From positions 1,989-65,988 of the forward strand of contig DATAVK010000056.1 in NCBI GenBank assembly GCA_036267755.1: 64,000 nucleotides of DNA, in the 5' to 3' direction. The position numbers and the translations under genes are program-made. Below the pieces are notes generated by a model. That model saw nothing but the letters and a program-made list of their open reading frames with translations. It did not search any database and was not told the origin of the DNA. Positions 1 to 10,169 of the stretch are shown piece by piece. Position 1 is the stretch's first letter; the number at the start of each line of letters is the position of its first letter. The stretch is from Mycobacteriales bacterium. Lineage in GTDB: Bacteria; Actinomycetota; Actinomycetes; JAFAQI01.

Positions 1-650
1 GTGTCATAGAGCGAATAACCGAGGATGGTCAGCAGCGCGATCACGGTCGACGGGCTCACCTGCAGCCCCGACAGCGCATAGATGCCGGCCGTGATCACGA
101 GGTCGTGGATCAACGCGATGATGGCCGCGAGTGCCATCTTCCATTCGAACCGCACCGTCATATAGCCCGTGACAGCGATGAGGAAGATGACCAGACCCAG
201 GATCGCCTTGTGGGTGATCTGACCGCCCCACGTCGAGCCGATCGTCTGCACGCTCAACGAGTTCGCGCTGATGCCGAGCTTCGAGTCGAGCGCGTTCTCG
301 ATCTTGTCGGCTTGACTCTGGCCGCCGAGCGTCGTGAGTGTTGCGGTCTCGATCCGGAATCGCTCGGCCTTGCCCGTGCCCGTCGTCTGCTGGAGCTCCG
401 GCTTGACGCCGGTGCCCTCGACGGCGCTGACGACCTGGCTCAGCGAGTGCCCGTTCAGTGGGCCCTGGAAGACCGCGCCACCCTTGAAGTCGATCGACGG
501 GTTGAGGCCGAACACGATGATGCTGATGATCCCGATGAGCATGACGACGGCGGACCCGGTGTACCACCACCTGCGCCGGGCGACGATCGGGTAGGACTTC
601 TCGCCCCGATAGAGCCGGGTGGCCCAGGACTGCTGGCTGTTGACGTCCAT
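1..650 (-). CDS. secF: Protein translocase subunit SecF (3' end runs off the window edge; absent from the ORF track because no stop codon is in view)
   Basis: Manual minus-strand translation from ATG 650-648 gives MDVNSQQSWATRLYRGEKSYPIVARRRWWYTGSAVVMLIGIISIIVFGLNPSIDFKGGAVFQ... It is TM-rich and starts 1 nt after the secD stop (652-654). The secD-secF order is conserved. Confidence 0.85.
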   Translation of the reverse strand, partial: MDVNSQQSWATRLYRGEKSYPIVARRRWWYTGSAVVMLIGIISIIVFGLNPSIDFKGGAVFQGPLNGHSLSQVVSAVEGTGVKPELQQTTGTGKAERFRIETATLTTLGGQSQADKIENALDSKLGISANSLSVQTIGSTWGGQITHKAILGLVIFLIAVTGYMTVRFEWKMALAAIIALIHDLVITAGIYALSGLQVSPSTVIALLTILGYSLYD

Positions 651-651
651 C

Positions 652-2472
652 TCAGGCCTCCCTCGTCCGTCGCGGTCGGCGTCTGGTCGGCACACTGTCG
701 TCGTCGCGTAGCTGAGCGCCCTCGCGCGGTCGCCCGATTCCGGTCCACCCCTTGCCACGGTCGAACGCGGGCTGGCGTGCGAGGACGGTCAGGAGCGGCT
801 TGGTGAAGAAGAAGACGATGAACAGGTCCGAGATCGTGGACAGGCCCAGCGTGAACGCGAACCCGCGGACGTCACCGATCGACACCACGTAGAGGATCAC
901 AGCGGCCAGCAGCGAGACGGAGTCCGCGGAGATGATGGTGCGCCGGGCGCGCGGCCACGCGCGCTCGACCGCGCTGCGCAATCGGATCCCCTCACGCACT
1001 TCGTCTCTGAGTCGTTCGAAGAAGACGACAAAGGAGTCAGCTGTGATGCCGACCGCGACGATGAACCCGGCGATGCCGGGCAGCGAAAGGGTGTAGCCCA
1101 CCGAGGAGTGACCGAGCAAGGTCGTGACGGCGTACAGGATGAGGCCGGAGATCGCGAGACTGCCGATCGTCACCAAGCCGAGAGCGCGGTAGTACAGCAG
1201 CGAGAAAAGGATCACCAGGCCGAGGCCGATCGCGCCGGCGATGAGGCCGCCGCGCAGCTGCTCCGATCCCAAGGTCGGTGAGATCGACTGGATGCTCGGC
1301 GCGGTGAAGCGCAGCGGCAGCGAGCCGTACTTGAGGATGTCGGCGAGCTGGGTGGCGGTCGACTGGGTGAAGCCGCCCGTGATCTGCGCCTGGCCGCCCG
1401 CGATGCCCCCCGCCTGGGTGATGGTTGGTGCCGAAGTGACGTTGCCGTCGAGAACGATCGCCACGCTGTTGCAACCGGTCGGGGGCGCGCAGGTCTGGGC
1501 GTTGGCGTTGGTGGGGTCAGCGTTGTAGGCCGTGGCGGTCAGCTTCAGCCACGCCGAGGCTCCGCTGCCGTTGAAGTTGAGGTTGACCACCCAGTCGCCG
1601 GTGCCCTGCGTGTCCAGTGCGGCGCCCGCCGACTTGACCTGTGTGCCCTCCACTTTCGCCGGTGCGAGCAGGAACTTCTCCAGACCAGAGCCGTTGTTGC
1701 CGCACCCGATGATGTAGTCGTTCGGGTTGTCGGCGCCCTGCGTGGGGTTGGCTGTCGTCGCCTTGGTGCAGTCCCAGTTCGCGAAGGACTTCTGGAAGGC
1801 CGCGGTCAGCGTCGGCGACTGCGACCCGGGCAGCGGCTGGTCGGTGTTGCTCGTCGTCGTGGTGGTCGTCGCCGGCGAGGCACTCGTCGTCGGGGTCGGT
1901 GTGGCCGGGGTGGGCGTGGGCGTCGGACTGGCCGTTGCCGTTGCCTTCGCCTTGACCAGCGCCGAGCTCAGGGGACGGCCCTGGGACGACGACTTCTTCT
2001 TTTTCTTGGGCTTCGCGGTTGACGACTTCTTCGGTGTCGCCTTCGTCGAGCCGGACGCGGTGGGAGTCGGACTCGCGGTGGTGCTCGACGCTGGCACCGG
2101 GCTCGCGAACTGCATCACCTGACGGAAGCGCAGCAGGGCGGTCTGGCCGATGGTGTTGACGACCTGAGATCCCTTGCCGGGGATGTCGACGACGATGTTG
2201 GCCCCGCCCTGGGTGCTGACCTCCGCGCCGCCGACCCCGAGGCCGTTGGCGCGCTGCCGGATGATGTTCACGGCCTGGTTCAGGGCGGACTTGCTGATGG
2301 TCGTCCCGTTGATCGGATGTGCCGTCAGCGTGACCTCGGTGCCGCCGCGCAGGTCGAGACCCAGCTTGGGCGTCTGAGACGGCCCGAGGAACAGACCCAG
2401 GTACAGGCCGACCAGGGCGAGGGCGACGACAGCCAGGTACCGGCCGGGTTTCGACTTAGCGGCGGGAGCCAC
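652..2472 (-). CDS. secD: Protein translocase subunit SecD
   Basis: 606-aa ORF. It has an N-terminal TM (YLAVVALALVGLYLGLFLG), a periplasmic domain and a C-terminal multi-TM bundle (GIAGFIVAVGITADSFVVFFERLRDE). It lies directly upstream of secF and carries a Pro/Thr/Lys-rich linker as in other actinobacterial SecD proteins. Confidence 0.95.
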   Translation of the reverse strand: MAPAAKSKPGRYLAVVALALVGLYLGLFLGPSQTPKLGLDLRGGTEVTLTAHPINGTTISKSALNQAVNIIRQRANGLGVGGAEVSTQGGANIVVDIPGKGSQVVNTIGQTALLRFRQVMQFASPVPASSTTASPTPTASGSTKATPKKSSTAKPKKKKKSSSQGRPLSSALVKAKATATASPTPTPTPATPTPTTSASPATTTTTTSNTDQPLPGSQSPTLTAAFQKSFANWDCTKATTANPTQGADNPNDYIIGCGNNGSGLEKFLLAPAKVEGTQVKSAGAALDTQGTGDWVVNLNFNGSGASAWLKLTATAYNADPTNANAQTCAPPTGCNSVAIVLDGNVTSAPTITQAGGIAGGQAQITGGFTQSTATQLADILKYGSLPLRFTAPSIQSISPTLGSEQLRGGLIAGAIGLGLVILFSLLYYRALGLVTIGSLAISGLILYAVTTLLGHSSVGYTLSLPGIAGFIVAVGITADSFVVFFERLRDEVREGIRLRSAVERAWPRARRTIISADSVSLLAAVILYVVSIGDVRGFAFTLGLSTISDLFIVFFFTKPLLTVLARQPAFDRGKGWTGIGRPREGAQLRDDDSVPTRRRPRRTREA

Positions 2473-2484
2473 GTGCTCGTCCTC

Positions 2485-2919
2485 TCAGCTGTCGGTCGGC
2501 TCGTCGACGACCGGAGGTTGCTCGGACTCGCCGTGCACCTCACTGGCGTCGTCACCGTCCGCCTCGTCGTCAAGGTCGTCATGGCCGTCGTGCTCGTAGG
2601 TCTCGGGCGGATCCATCACACGCAGGATCGCAGCCGGCAGGTACTGGCTGTACACGCCGGGGGCTACCTCGAGGGTGACCTCATCGTCGTCGATCGCCAC
2701 AACGGTGGCGATCAGGCCCGCCGTCGTCGTGACCCGGTCTCCTACCTCCGCCTTGTTGCGCTGGGCGGCGGCCTTCTTCGACCGGGAGCGGGCCGGCCGC
2801 AGGAACACGATGTAGACCACGGCGAAGATCACGATGATGACGAGGAACCCGATCGGGCTGCCACCACCCCCGCCCGAGCCGCTCTTGGCAAGCAGCTCAG
2901 TTGCCAGCAGGTGCGTCAT
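2485..2919 (-). CDS. yajC: Preprotein translocase subunit YajC (start trimmed from track ORF 2485-3075)
   Basis: Starts at internal ATG 2919 (MTHLLATELL...). It has a single TM (IGFLVIIVIFAVVYIVFL) followed by RPARSRSKKAAAQRNKAEVGDRVTTTAGLIATV, which is the YajC core, and a long acidic tail. It sits between secD and ruvB. Confidence 0.85.
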   Translation of the reverse strand: MTHLLATELLAKSGSGGGGGSPIGFLVIIVIFAVVYIVFLRPARSRSKKAAAQRNKAEVGDRVTTTAGLIATVVAIDDDEVTLEVAPGVYSQYLPAAILRVMDPPETYEHDGHDDLDDEADGDDASEVHGESEQPPVVDEPTDS

Positions 2920-2990
2920 TGCGTCCCGGTCCCATCGTCGATCAACGTCACATAGCGCCAGCCGGACGGCCGGGCGACCGGGATCGCAGT

Positions 2991-4043
2991 CTACGTGTCG
3001 TCGTCGCCCGAAAGGCTGAAGAGTGCGACGTCGGCAGCGGCCGGGGTCGGTGGTCGGATCCCGAGATGGCTCCACGCCGCTGCAGTGGCGACCCGTCCCC
3101 TCGGTGTCCGGGCCAGCAGGCCGGCTCGCACCAGGAACGGCTCCGCGACGGTTTCCACCGTCTCGGGCTCCTCGGCGACCGCGATCGCCAGCGTGGTCAG
3201 GCCCACCGGGCCACCACCGAACCGGATGAGCAGGGCCGACAGCACCGCCCGGTCGAGCCGGTCGAGGCCGAGCTCGTCGACCTCGTAGACGGCCAGCGCG
3301 GCCCGTGCCACCTCGCGCGTGACCACGCCGTCGGCGCGCACCTCGGCGAAGTCACGGACCCGTCGCAGCAGCCGGTTCGCGATTCTCGGCGTACCGCGGG
3401 CCCGTCGTCCGATCTCGGAGGCACCGTCTGGTTCGAGCTGGACGCCTAGCAGCGTGGCGTTGCGTCGCAGCAGCTCCTCGAGCTCCTCGGTGGCGTAGAA
3501 GTCGAGATGGGCGGTGAAGCCGAACCGGTCACGCAACGGCCCCGGCAGCATGCCGGCCCGCGTCGTCGCGCCCACCAGCGTGAACGGCGCCACATCGAGC
3601 GGGATCGCGGTGGCGCCCGGGCCTTTGCCGACGACCACGTCGACCCGGAAGTCCTCCATCGCGACGTAGAGCATTTCCTCAGCCGGACGCGCCATCCGAT
3701 GGATCTCGTCGAGGAAGAGCACCTCGCCCTCGGTGAGCGTCGAGAGCAACGCGGCCAGATCACCGGCCCGCTCGATCGCCGGGCCGCTCGTGATCCGCAG
3801 CGGCGCGCCAAGCTCGCCGGCGATGATCATGGCGAACGTCGTCTTGCCCAGCCCCGGTGACCCGGACAGCAGCACGTGGTCTGGCGGCCGGCCCCGAGCC
3901 TTGGCGGCGTCGAGCACGACGGACAGCTGCTCGCGAACCCGGTCCTGTCCGACACAGTCGGCCAGCCGCTTGGGCCTTAGTGCGGCGTCGACCACCTCGT
4001 CGTCGACGTCGGCAAGCGGCGAGGTGACGTCAGGTTCAAGCAC
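2991..4043 (-). CDS. ruvB: Holliday junction branch migration helicase RuvB
   Basis: 350 aa with Walker A motif GSPGLGKTT and an AAA+ RuvB-type sequence ([25 protein letters not shown]). Part of a ruvC-ruvA-ruvB operon. Confidence 0.97.
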   Translation of the reverse strand: MLEPDVTSPLADVDDEVVDAALRPKRLADCVGQDRVREQLSVVLDAAKARGRPPDHVLLSGSPGLGKTTFAMIIAGELGAPLRITSGPAIERAGDLAALLSTLTEGEVLFLDEIHRMARPAEEMLYVAMEDFRVDVVVGKGPGATAIPLDVAPFTLVGATTRAGMLPGPLRDRFGFTAHLDFYATEELEELLRRNATLLGVQLEPDGASEIGRRARGTPRIANRLLRRVRDFAEVRADGVVTREVARAALAVYEVDELGLDRLDRAVLSALLIRFGGGPVGLTTLAIAVAEEPETVETVAEPFLVRAGLLARTPRGRVATAAAWSHLGIRPPTPAAADVALFSLSGDDDT

Positions 4044-4662
4044 GGCTGAGCACCCGCAGGCTGGAGCGCAGCAGGGACGCCACGGCGGGCTGCTCCCCCA
4101 GCGCCAAGGCTGCCTCCGCCTCGGGACCGACTGCGACCAGCGCCTCGTCGACCTCGCGGGCCGACCAGCCGAGCCCGGTCAGCGCAGAGCGGAGCTGCTC
4201 ACGCCAGGCACCGACATCCGGGGAGCCGGGGAGCCGGACGACCTCCGACATCGAGCCGCCGCGAACGCCCAGCTTGTCCTTGAGCTCAAGCACCAGGCGC
4301 TGGGCGCCCTTGCGGCCGATTCCCGGGACCAGGGTGAGCGCGCCGAGGTCCTCACTGGCGACGGCAGCGCGTACGGCGTCGGGTGAGTGAACGGCCAGCA
4401 CGGCCTGCGCGATCCGAGGCCCGACGCCACTGACGCCCTGCAGCGTGTCGAACACCACCCGCTCGTCGTCCGTCGCGAAACCGAACAGGGTCAGCGAGTC
4501 CTCACGCACGACGAGCGAGGTCGCCAGCCGGGTGGGCTCGCCGACCCGCAGTGTCGCGAGGGTGCCGGGGGTGCACTGCACGGCGATGCCAACCCCGCCC
4601 AGCTCGATCACCGCACTGTCGGGGCCGACGGCCGCGACCTCGCCGTTGACGCTGGCGATCAT
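4036..4662 (-). CDS. ruvA: Holliday junction DNA helicase subunit RuvA
   Basis: 208 aa. The N-terminus is [19 protein letters not shown] and there is a helix-hairpin-helix region ([20 protein letters not shown]). It overlaps the ruvB start by 8 nt. Confidence 0.95.
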   Translation of the reverse strand: MIASVNGEVAAVGPDSAVIELGGVGIAVQCTPGTLATLRVGEPTRLATSLVVREDSLTLFGFATDDERVVFDTLQGVSGVGPRIAQAVLAVHSPDAVRAAVASEDLGALTLVPGIGRKGAQRLVLELKDKLGVRGGSMSEVVRLPGSPDVGAWREQLRSALTGLGWSAREVDEALVAVGPEAEAALALGEQPAVASLLRSSLRVLSRA

Positions 4663-5171
4663 CGGGCCGCCGCCGCCGCTTGCTGCAGTCGTGTCATCGC
4701 GCTACCTCGCCAGACGTGGCAGATCGCGAGTGCGAGGGCATCCGCGGTGTCCGCGGGGGTCGGCGGGCCCGCCAGCCCCAGTAACCGCGCGACCATGGCT
4801 CCCACCTGTCCCTTCTCGGCCCGGCCGGAGCCGGTCACCGCCGCCTTGACCTCGCTCGGCGTGTGCAGCACCACGGGTATCCCGGCGCGGGCTGCGCAGG
4901 TCATCGCGACCGCCGCGGCTTGCGCCGTACCCATCACGGTGCGGACGTTGTGCTGGCTGAACACTCGCTCCACGGCCACCACGTCGGGCTGGTGCTGGGC
5001 GAGCCACGCCATGATCTCGACCTCGAGGGCGAGCAACCGCCGTGAGACGTCGTCTGTGGACGGGGTCCGGATCACGTCGTAGGCCACCGGCGCGAGGCGC
5101 TGGCCGGGCCGGCCGTCGACCACCCCGAGACCACATCGCGTGAGTCCAGGATCGACCCCGAGCACCCGCAC
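4659..5171 (-). CDS. ruvC: Crossover junction endodeoxyribonuclease RuvC
   Basis: 170 aa with an RNase-H-like fold signature ([19 protein letters not shown]). GTG start, 4-nt overlap with ruvA. Confidence 0.95.
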   Translation of the reverse strand: MRVLGVDPGLTRCGLGVVDGRPGQRLAPVAYDVIRTPSTDDVSRRLLALEVEIMAWLAQHQPDVVAVERVFSQHNVRTVMGTAQAAAVAMTCAARAGIPVVLHTPSEVKAAVTGSGRAEKGQVGAMVARLLGLAGPPTPADTADALALAICHVWRGSAMTRLQQAAAAAR

Positions 5172-5188
5172 CGCCGTACCTCCAGATC

Positions 5189-5202
5189 CGAACGTGTGTT
5201 CG
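5189..5202. promoter_or_regulatory. LexA (SOS) box upstream of ruvCAB
   Basis: The palindrome CGAAC-GTGT-GTTCG lies 18 nt upstream of the ruvC start. It matches the actinobacterial SOS-box core GAAC-N4-GTTC (TCGAAC-N4-GTTCGA). Confidence 0.7.
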
Positions 5203-5297
5203 GTACCTTATGGCCCGGCCGGGCGGACACCGCGCATGACGCGCCGATCCTCCCGCCCCTTCGCGATTGGGGGTGACGGACCGTGGCCAGATAGGCG

Positions 5298-6044
5298 TTA
5301 GACGGACTCGAGGACCTCGTCGCTCACGTCGAAGTTGGCCCAGACGTTCTGGACGTCGTCGCAGTCCTCGAGGGCGTCGACCAGCCGGAGCACCTTGCGG
5401 CCGGTCTCGTCATCGAGCGGGACCGAGACCGACGGCAGGAACGACACATCCGAGGACTCGACGGGGATCGACGCCGCTTCGAGCGCCGACCGCACGGCGT
5501 GCATGTCGGTCGCCTCGGAGATCACCTCGTAGGTGTCGTCGAGGTCATTGACCTCTTCCGCGCCGGCGTCGAGAACGGCCCCGAGGACGTCGTCCTCCCC
5601 CAGCCCAGCCGCGGGCACCAGCACCACGCCCTTACGGCTGAACAGATACGCCACGCTACCGGGGTCGGCCAGCGAGCCACCGTTGCGGGAGAAGATGGTG
5701 CGGACCTCGGAGGCAGCGCGGTTGCGGTTGTCGGTGAGGCACTCCACCAGTACGGCGACGCCGCCGGGCCCGTAGCCCTCATACGTGATCGACTCGTAGT
5801 CGGCGCCGCCTGCGTCAACGCCCGCGCCGCGGCGTACCGCGCGGTCGATGTTCTCGTTGGGGACCGAGCTGCCCTTGGCCTTGGCGATCGCGTCGGCGAG
5901 GGTCGGGTTGCCCGCGACGTCGCCACCACCGGTCCGCGCAGCGACCTCGACGTTCTTCACGAGCTTCGCGAACAGCTTGCCGCGCCGGGCGTCGACGACC
6001 GCCTTCTTGTGCTTGGTCGTCGCCCACTTGGAATGGCCGCTCAT
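5298..6044 (-). CDS. yebC: YebC/PmpR family DNA-binding transcriptional regulator
   Basis: 248 aa. The N-terminus [28 protein letters not shown] is the invariant YebC signature. Confidence 0.95.
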   Translation of the reverse strand: MSGHSKWATTKHKKAVVDARRGKLFAKLVKNVEVAARTGGGDVAGNPTLADAIAKAKGSSVPNENIDRAVRRGAGVDAGGADYESITYEGYGPGGVAVLVECLTDNRNRAASEVRTIFSRNGGSLADPGSVAYLFSRKGVVLVPAAGLGEDDVLGAVLDAGAEEVNDLDDTYEVISEATDMHAVRSALEAASIPVESSDVSFLPSVSVPLDDETGRKVLRLVDALEDCDDVQNVWANFDVSDEVLESV

Positions 6045-6634
6045 GGTGTGTGCTCCCTGACCATCGACACGAACAACTGGTGAACCCGCGGGTCGCCGGT
6101 CAGCTCCGGATGGAACGATGTCGCGAGCAGCGGCCCCTGCCGTACCGCCACAATCCTATCGGCGGCGCGGGCCAGCACTTCGACCTCCGGACCGGCCGAC
6201 TCGACCCACGGCGCCCGGATGAACACCGCGTGCATCGGCTCGGGCGAGACGCCTGCAAACGTCAGATCGCCCTCGAAGGAGTCGATCTGACGGCCGAAGG
6301 CGTTGCGCCGGACCGTCACGTCGAGACCGCCGAGCCACACCTGGTCGGGCGTCGCGTCGAGCAGCCGGTCGGCGAGCAGGATCATTCCCGCGCACGACCC
6401 GTACGCCGGTAGGCCGCCGGCCAGCGCCTTGCGCAGCGGCTCGAGCAGCTCGAAGGTCACCAGCAGCTTGCCCATCGTCGTGGACTCGCCACCCGGCAGC
6501 ACGATGCCGTCGAGGTCGTCGAGCTCGCCAGCCCGGCGGACCGCCACGGCGGAAGCACCGGCGGACTCCAGGGCGCGGCGGTGCTCGCGGACGTCACCTT
6601 GCAGCGCGAGCACCCCGACTCGCGGGGTGCTCAT
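6041..6634 (-). CDS. pdxT: Pyridoxal 5'-phosphate synthase glutaminase subunit PdxT (start trimmed from 6838)
   Basis: Starts at internal ATG 6634, giving [23 protein letters not shown]... The sequence includes [10 protein letters not shown] and CAGMILLA (catalytic Cys). It follows pdxS with a 1-nt gap. Confidence 0.93.
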   Translation of the reverse strand: MSTPRVGVLALQGDVREHRRALESAGASAVAVRRAGELDDLDGIVLPGGESTTMGKLLVTFELLEPLRKALAGGLPAYGSCAGMILLADRLLDATPDQVWLGGLDVTVRRNAFGRQIDSFEGDLTFAGVSPEPMHAVFIRAPWVESAGPEVEVLARAADRIVAVRQGPLLATSFHPELTGDPRVHQLFVSMVREHTP

Positions 6635-6635
6635 C

Positions 6636-7529
6636 TCACCAGCCGCGCGAAGCCAGCCGGTGGTCCACAGGCAGCTGCTCGACGTTGATGCCCACCATGG
6701 CCTCGCCCAGCCCCCGCGACACCTTCGCGACGACATCGGGGTCGTCGTACATCGTGGTGGCGGCGACGATCGCGCGGGCGCGCGCCGCCGGGTCGCCGGA
6801 CTTGAAGATCCCGCTGCCGACGAAGACGCCCTCAGCACCGAGCTGCATCATCATCGCCGCGTCGGCGGGGGTGGCGATGCCGCCCGCCGTGAACAGCACC
6901 ACGGGAAGCGAGCCGGTGCGAGCCACCTCGACGACCAGGTCGTACGGCGCCTGCAGTTCCTTCGCCGCGACGTAGAGCTCCTCGTGGGGCAACGAAGCGA
7001 GCCGAGCCAGCTCGGCCCGGATCGTGCGCATGTGGGTGACGGCGTTCGAGACGTCGCCGGTGCCGGCCTCGCCCTTGGAGCGGATCATCGCCGCGCCCTC
7101 GGTGATCCGGCGCAGCGCCTCGCCGAGGTTCGTGGCACCGCAGACGAACGGCACCGTGAACTGCCACTTGTCGATGTGATGCGAGTAGTCCGCGGGGGTG
7201 AGCACCTCGGATTCGTCGACGTAGTCGACGCCGAGGGCCTGCAAGACCTGGGCCTCGGCGAAGTGCCCGATCCGTGCCTTGGCCATCACAGGGATCGAGA
7301 CCGCCGCGATGATGCCGTCGATCATGTCCGGGTCGCTCATCCGGCTGACGCCACCCTCGGCGCGGATGTCGGCGGGCACGCGCTCCAGCGCCATGACCGC
7401 GACCGCGCCGGCGTCCTCGGCGATCTTGGCCTGCTCAGGGGTGACGACGTCCATGATGACGCCGCCCTTGAGCATCTCCGCCATGCCGCGCTTGACCCGT
7501 GCGGTACCTGTTGTCTGTTCCTCGCTCAC
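6636..7529 (-). CDS. pdxS: Pyridoxal 5'-phosphate synthase lyase subunit PdxS
   Basis: 297 aa with the highly conserved PdxS core [41 protein letters not shown]. Confidence 0.97.
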   Translation of the reverse strand: MSEEQTTGTARVKRGMAEMLKGGVIMDVVTPEQAKIAEDAGAVAVMALERVPADIRAEGGVSRMSDPDMIDGIIAAVSIPVMAKARIGHFAEAQVLQALGVDYVDESEVLTPADYSHHIDKWQFTVPFVCGATNLGEALRRITEGAAMIRSKGEAGTGDVSNAVTHMRTIRAELARLASLPHEELYVAAKELQAPYDLVVEVARTGSLPVVLFTAGGIATPADAAMMMQLGAEGVFVGSGIFKSGDPAARARAIVAATTMYDDPDVVAKVSRGLGEAMVGINVEQLPVDHRLASRGW

Positions 7530-7538
7530 CAGTCGATT

Positions 7539-8081
7539 CTACGGCCGAAGTGCAAGTGAAAAGGCTGGTGACGGCAGTTCCTCGTCGTCCATCTCGAAAT
7601 ACCTCGGATGCGGCGCGGATCCGGCGAGACGCAGCCAGCGCACCAGCCGGCGGTCCCGCACGACGAGCGCGTCGCGGACCGCGTCGTTGTGGAACCGGCG
7701 CGCGAACGCGGCCCGCAGCGCCTCGTCGTGCATCTCGGTCCCCGCGCCGGTGGCCGCCACGAAGACCTCGGGCGCGGCGGCCGCCACGTCGGCAAGCGCT
7801 CGCGACAACGCACTTTCCGCGGCCTCGCGGTCATGGCCGAGGCCGGTGACGACGGTCGCCTCGGCCGACGCGCCGGACAGTGCAAGCGCCAGGTACGGCG
7901 AAAGCGGCACGCGTGCCGCGAACACCGCAGCGGTCGCGCTCCGTCGCCGCAGCTGCGCATCGAGGGCGGCCGCGGCAGCGTCGACTCGGGCATGCAGCCG
8001 GTCGAGACGTTGTGCGGTGAAGTACACGTAGAGCAGGACGTCAGCAAGAATCGCCGCAACCGCAACGATCTTGGGAATCAC
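7539..8081 (-). CDS. Membrane-anchored hypothetical protein (LemA-like layout)
   Basis: 180 aa. An N-terminal TM is followed by an Ala/Arg-rich helical region (RLDRLHARVDAAAAALDAQLRRR). It overlaps the pimA stop by 4 nt. No motif is firmly recognised. Confidence 0.6.
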   Translation of the reverse strand: MIPKIVAVAAILADVLLYVYFTAQRLDRLHARVDAAAAALDAQLRRRSATAAVFAARVPLSPYLALALSGASAEATVVTGLGHDREAAESALSRALADVAAAAPEVFVAATGAGTEMHDEALRAAFARRFHNDAVRDALVVRDRRLVRWLRLAGSAPHPRYFEMDDEELPSPAFSLALRP

Positions 8082-9247
8082 TCAACGACGTTATCCGCCG
8101 CCACGTGCGAGCCCAGCACTGCGGTGTCGACACCGTCCTGCTCCTCGACGACCCGCCCGGTCGACGCGGCGATCGCGGTCTCGTAGACCCGGAGGATCTG
8201 CCGGGTCACCACCGACCAGTCGTAGCGCGACACCGCGTGGTTCCCGGCTGCGATCAACGCGGTACGACGGTCGGCGTTTCCAAGCAGCCCGTCCACCGCG
8301 CCGGCCAGCGCGACCGGGTCGCCGACTGGCGTCAGAACGCCGAGCCTGCCGTCCTCGAGCACCCGCCGGAACGCCTCGAGGTCGCTCGCCACGATCGGGG
8401 TGCCGGCCGCCATCGCTTCCAGCAGCACGATCCCGAAGCTCTCGCCGCCGGTGTTCGGCGCGACGTACACGTCAGCCGCTGCATAAACCCGCGCCTTGTC
8501 CGCCTCGGAGACCTGCCCGAGCACCGTCACCCCGTCGGGGACGTCGGCGTCGAGCTCGCCGGGTCCGGCGACGAGCAGCCGAAGCCCCGGCCGCTTCCGG
8601 CGAATCAGCGGCCACGCGGCGAGCAGGACGGCCAGACCTTTACGCGGCTCGTCGAGCCGGCCTACGAAGGCGACGGCGCCGTGCTCCCCCGGCCAGCCGG
8701 GCAGCGGCCGCGCACCGGCGTACCTCGCGACGTGGACGCCATTCGGGATCACCACGGCGTCACCTCCGAGATGGTCAACGATCGTCTTGCGCGCCGCGTC
8801 GGAGACGGCGATCCGGCCGGCCAGCTTCTCCAGATAAACCTGCAGCGGGGTCTGCATCCAGGCCATGATCCGCGACCGTGGGTTCGAGGCATGGAAGGTC
8901 GCGACGATCGGGCCGCGGGCGTTGCCGAGCGCGAGCAACGACAGCGAGAACGTCTCGGGTGAGTGCACGTGCAGCACATCGAAGCGACCGTCGTGCAGCC
9001 ACCGTCGTACCCGAGCCTGGCTCACCGGCCCCAGCAGCAGCCGTGACACCGAGCCGTTGTAGGGCACCGGAACGCTGCGGCCCGCGCGGGTGACCCAGGA
9101 CGGCAGGTCCATCTCGTCGTCGTCGACGGGGCTGATCACCTGCGCGTCGTGCCCGCGCGCGATCAGCGCCTCCGCGAGGTCGCTGATGTGCGCGACGACC
9201 CCGCCCGGCACGTCCCACGGGTACGGCGATACCAACCCGACGCGCAT
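8078..9247 (-). CDS. pimA: GT4 glycosyltransferase, phosphatidylinositol alpha-mannosyltransferase PimA
   Basis: 389 aa with the GT-B/GT4 E-x7-E region (GGESFGIVLLEAMAAGTPIVASD). Its position downstream of the pgsA-acyltransferase pair matches mycobacterial Rv2612c-Rv2610c. Confidence 0.88.
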   Translation of the reverse strand: MRVGLVSPYPWDVPGGVVAHISDLAEALIARGHDAQVISPVDDDEMDLPSWVTRAGRSVPVPYNGSVSRLLLGPVSQARVRRWLHDGRFDVLHVHSPETFSLSLLALGNARGPIVATFHASNPRSRIMAWMQTPLQVYLEKLAGRIAVSDAARKTIVDHLGGDAVVIPNGVHVARYAGARPLPGWPGEHGAVAFVGRLDEPRKGLAVLLAAWPLIRRKRPGLRLLVAGPGELDADVPDGVTVLGQVSEADKARVYAAADVYVAPNTGGESFGIVLLEAMAAGTPIVASDLEAFRRVLEDGRLGVLTPVGDPVALAGAVDGLLGNADRRTALIAAGNHAVSRYDWSVVTRQILRVYETAIAASTGRVVEEQDGVDTAVLGSHVAADNVVE

Positions 9248-9251
9248 CTGC

Positions 9252-10169
9252 TCAGACTCCCTGTGAGGCGGGCAGCCGGTTCCGGTCCAGGTCGTCGACC
9301 CAGACCTTCTGCAGCATGTGCCAGTCGGCCGGGTGGGCGGCGATCGCCTCGGCGAACGCGTCAGCCGTCTGCTGCGTCATTGCCCGCACCTTGGCGTCCC
9401 GATCGCCCTGCGCGGGCACCTGCACCTGCGGGTGGATCCGGCCGTGCCAGCGCCGCCGGTCGGGGTACCAGAGCGTGACCGGGAGCAGCGCCGCGCCGGT
9501 GTCATGCGCCAACGCGGCGGGGCCGGCCGGCATCCGGGCCACGGACCCGAAGAAGTCGACGTCCACCCCGGTCGAGGTCAGGTCCCGGTCGGCGAGCAGG
9601 CACAGCACGCCGCCGGACCGCAGCCGCTCGGCGAGCAGTGCGTACGGCGGCCGCTGCCCCCCGGTGAGCGGCACCACCTCCATGCCGAGCGACTCGCGGA
9701 ACGCGACGAACCGCTCGAACAGCGACTCCGGCTGGAGTCGTTCCGCGACCGTCGTGAACGGCACGCCGGTGCCGGTGAGCCACGCTCCGGCGTGATCCCA
9801 GTTGCCCATGTGGGGCAACGCGAGGATCACGCCATCACCCGCGGCGACAGCATCGCGCAGCCGCTGTTCGTCGACGACAAACATCCGGCCAACGACGTCA
9901 TCGACCGACATCCGCGGCAGCCGGAACACCTCACACCAGTACCGGAAGTAGGACCGCATGGCCGACCGGGTCAGCATCCGCAGCTCGTGGTCGTCGAGTT
10001 CAGGCTTCACCCGGTGCAGGTTGTTGCGGAGCCGTTGCACGCTCTTGCCTCCACGCAACCATGCTGCGTCTGCGACGGCATCGAACTGCGCGCGGGCCAG
10101 CGCTTCCGGCATGCCACGCACCATCGACCAGCCAGCCGCATAAGCGACGTCGACGAGCTCGTCGTTCAC
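9252..10169 (-). CDS. patA: Phosphatidylinositol mannoside acyltransferase (LpxL/HtrB-type lysophospholipid acyltransferase)
   Basis: The start is placed at GTG 10169, which forms a GTGA overlap with the pgsA stop. The sequence has the HxxxxD acyltransferase motif (LPHMGNWDHAG). It lies between pgsA and pimA. Confidence 0.8.
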   Translation of the reverse strand: MNDELVDVAYAAGWSMVRGMPEALARAQFDAVADAAWLRGGKSVQRLRNNLHRVKPELDDHELRMLTRSAMRSYFRYWCEVFRLPRMSVDDVVGRMFVVDEQRLRDAVAAGDGVILALPHMGNWDHAGAWLTGTGVPFTTVAERLQPESLFERFVAFRESLGMEVVPLTGGQRPPYALLAERLRSGGVLCLLADRDLTSTGVDVDFFGSVARMPAGPAALAHDTGAALLPVTLWYPDRRRWHGRIHPQVQVPAQGDRDAKVRAMTQQTADAFAEAIAAHPADWHMLQKVWVDDLDRNRLPASQGV

